A DNA stretch of 64,000 nt, from the NCBI GenBank assembly GCA_038245785.1, contig JBBRSB010000002.1, positions 32,001 to 96,000 of the forward strand, in the 5' to 3' direction. Positions 62,675 to 64,000 of this stretch are shown piece by piece (within the stretch, counting starts at the first letter, position 1; each line of letters starts with the position of its first letter). Position numbers and translations under genes: made by a program. Below the pieces are notes generated by a model that ran no database searches, had not been told where the DNA came from, and saw only the letters and a list, made by a program, of their open reading frames with translations. The stretch comes from Gloeobacterales cyanobacterium. Its GTDB lineage: Bacteria > Cyanobacteriota > Cyanobacteriia > Gloeobacterales > PMM-0068.

Positions 62675-62964
62675 AACCCCTCAGTCCCTGCGGGACAGCC
62701 CCCCTTGGAGAGGAGCCGTTTCTGAGACAAGAAAGGTGCGGGTGCAAAGTGAGAACGTAGGGATGCGAAAACAACGAACAAGCTCAAACTTATAATGTTT
62801 ACTGCACAGGGATTTTAGAAAGTTCAAGCCTGCGCGCAGTCCGTTCCAGCCATGAGGAAATCGGCTATCGATTTAGCAGCGTCTGTAGCTAAATCCAATC
62901 CATCCTTCTCCTTCCAGAAGAGGCTCCCCTCTAAGGGGAGCTGTCCCGCAGGGACTGAGGGGTT
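62675..62964. repeat. 43-bp inverted REP-like pair flanking ~204 bp (MITE/REPIN-like)
   Basis: 62675-62717 equals the reverse complement of 62922-62964 with 3 mismatches; each arm contains internal hairpins. Confidence 0.8.
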
Positions 62965-62968
62965 GCTG

Positions 62969-64000
62969 TTACAGACCCACGCGCACAGGAGTGCGATTTT
63001 GGCGCACATCATAGTCAGCGACCAAGAGGCTCTGTCCATCCATCTCAGCGGGTTGGGGAATGTCTAGAATGTGCAGAATCGTTGGAGCAATGTCCGCGAG
63101 TCGTCCATCGTCTCGCAGTTTAGCCTCAGCGCCTGTACCAGGAATTTTGCGCCCTTCACTTTCTACAAGGATAAAAGGCACTTTATTGGTGGTGTGTGCT
63201 GTCCAAGGGCGCTTTTCCGCATCCCACATCAGTTCGCTATTGCCATGATCTGCTGTGACCAACAAAGCACCCCCCTGTTTGACGGTGGCATCCAGGACTT
63301 CACCAACACAGGCATCTATGGTTTCGATGGCTTTGATAGCCGCTTCATATTTGCCCGTATGACCGACCATATCGGGGTTGGCATAATTCACAACAATTAG
63401 ACCGTACTGGCCCGAACGAATGGCTTTGACAACGTGCTCTGTGACCGTCTTAGCTGACATTTCTGGCTGCTGGTCGTAGGTAGCTACTCTTGGGCTAGGT
63501 ATCATTTCCCGGTCTTCACCTGGATAGGGTTTTTCCTGCCCCCCATTGAAGAAATAGGTTACATGAGCATATTTTTCCGTCTCCGCACAGCGGAGCTGTT
63601 TGAGCCCGTGGTCTGAAATCACTTGACCGAGGATGTTGTTGAAGGAGATAGGCTCAAAGGCTACCTGTACAGGTAGACCTGCTTGGTACTGAGTGAGGGT
63701 GACGAAATGCAGAGGCTCAATTAAGGTTCGCTCAAATCCTGAAAAATCAGGATTTACAAAAGCCTGAGTCAGTTCGCGGGCACGGTCAGGTCTGAAATTG
63801 AAAAAGATTACTCCATCTTCAGGCTGAACAATGCCTGGGCCGAGCCTGGTGGGAGGAATGAATTCATCGGTCAGTCCTTCAGAATAGAAGCTGCGCAGAA
63901 CTTCTACCGGACTACGGACTATGCCCTTAGAGTGGTCCTCTGTTAAGACACGGTAGGCTTCTTCGATCCTCTCCCAGCGTTTATCGCGGTCCATGGCATA
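62969..64000 (-). CDS. gpmI: 2,3-bisphosphoglycerate-independent phosphoglycerate mutase (3' part; 5' end outside window)
   Basis: YAMDRDKRW, FNFRPDRA, AETEKYAHVTYFFNGG, NYANPDMVGHTG, TADHGN, TAHT. Confidence 0.96.
   Translation of the reverse strand, partial: YAMDRDKRWERIEEAYRVLTEDHSKGIVRSPVEVLRSFYSEGLTDEFIPPTRLGPGIVQPEDGVIFFNFRPDRARELTQAFVNPDFSGFERTLIEPLHFVTLTQYQAGLPVQVAFEPISFNNILGQVISDHGLKQLRCAETEKYAHVTYFFNGGQEKPYPGEDREMIPSPRVATYDQQPEMSAKTVTEHVVKAIRSGQYGLIVVNYANPDMVGHTGKYEAAIKAIETIDACVGEVLDATVKQGGALLVTADHGNSELMWDAEKRPWTAHTTNKVPFILVESEGRKIPGTGAEAKLRDDGRLADIAPTILHILDIPQPAEMDGQSLLVADYDVRQNRTPVRVGL

Overview
This is a 64-kb chromosomal window of a cyanobacterium. The PsaA N-terminus ([37 protein letters not shown]) resembles the early-branching, thylakoid-less Gloeobacterales, but PsaB lacks the long Gloeobacter C-terminal extension, so the genus is probably not Gloeobacter (inference). 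Most of the window is core genes: menG/menA, amiC, murI, hisC, ntcA, psaAB, chlG, accC, chlD, pnp, rpsU/khpA/rpsP/ffh, ggt, ado/aar, psb28, a Fur/PerR regulator, queD, ftsEX, ndhIGE, cobW, nrdR, gpmI, tRNA-Leu(CAA) and tRNA-fMet. There are three accessory patches: (i) an acyl-CoA dehydrogenase/PIG-L/NodS/GT2 cluster beside tRNA-Leu; (ii) a decaying nuclease/toxin-antitoxin islet at the 3' end of tRNA-fMet; (iii) a 41-44 kb patch with a LAGLIDADG-like/dUTPase fusion and the top finding. That finding is an orphan phycocyanin-alpha-like gene that has lost the bilin-binding Cys and gained a ~70-aa tail, directly upstream of a PemK/MazF-like gene that is frameshifted here. It is a candidate 'phycobiliprotein-decoy' toxin-antitoxin/anti-phage module, and this remains a hypothesis. 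Other signals are three DnaA boxes before nrdR, a probable ATC start for rpsP, an unannotated 50-aa acidic ORF, NtcA boxes and several dispersed palindromic repeats. No CRISPR array, rRNA or intact transposase was seen. All family assignments come from motif recognition by eye, not database searches.
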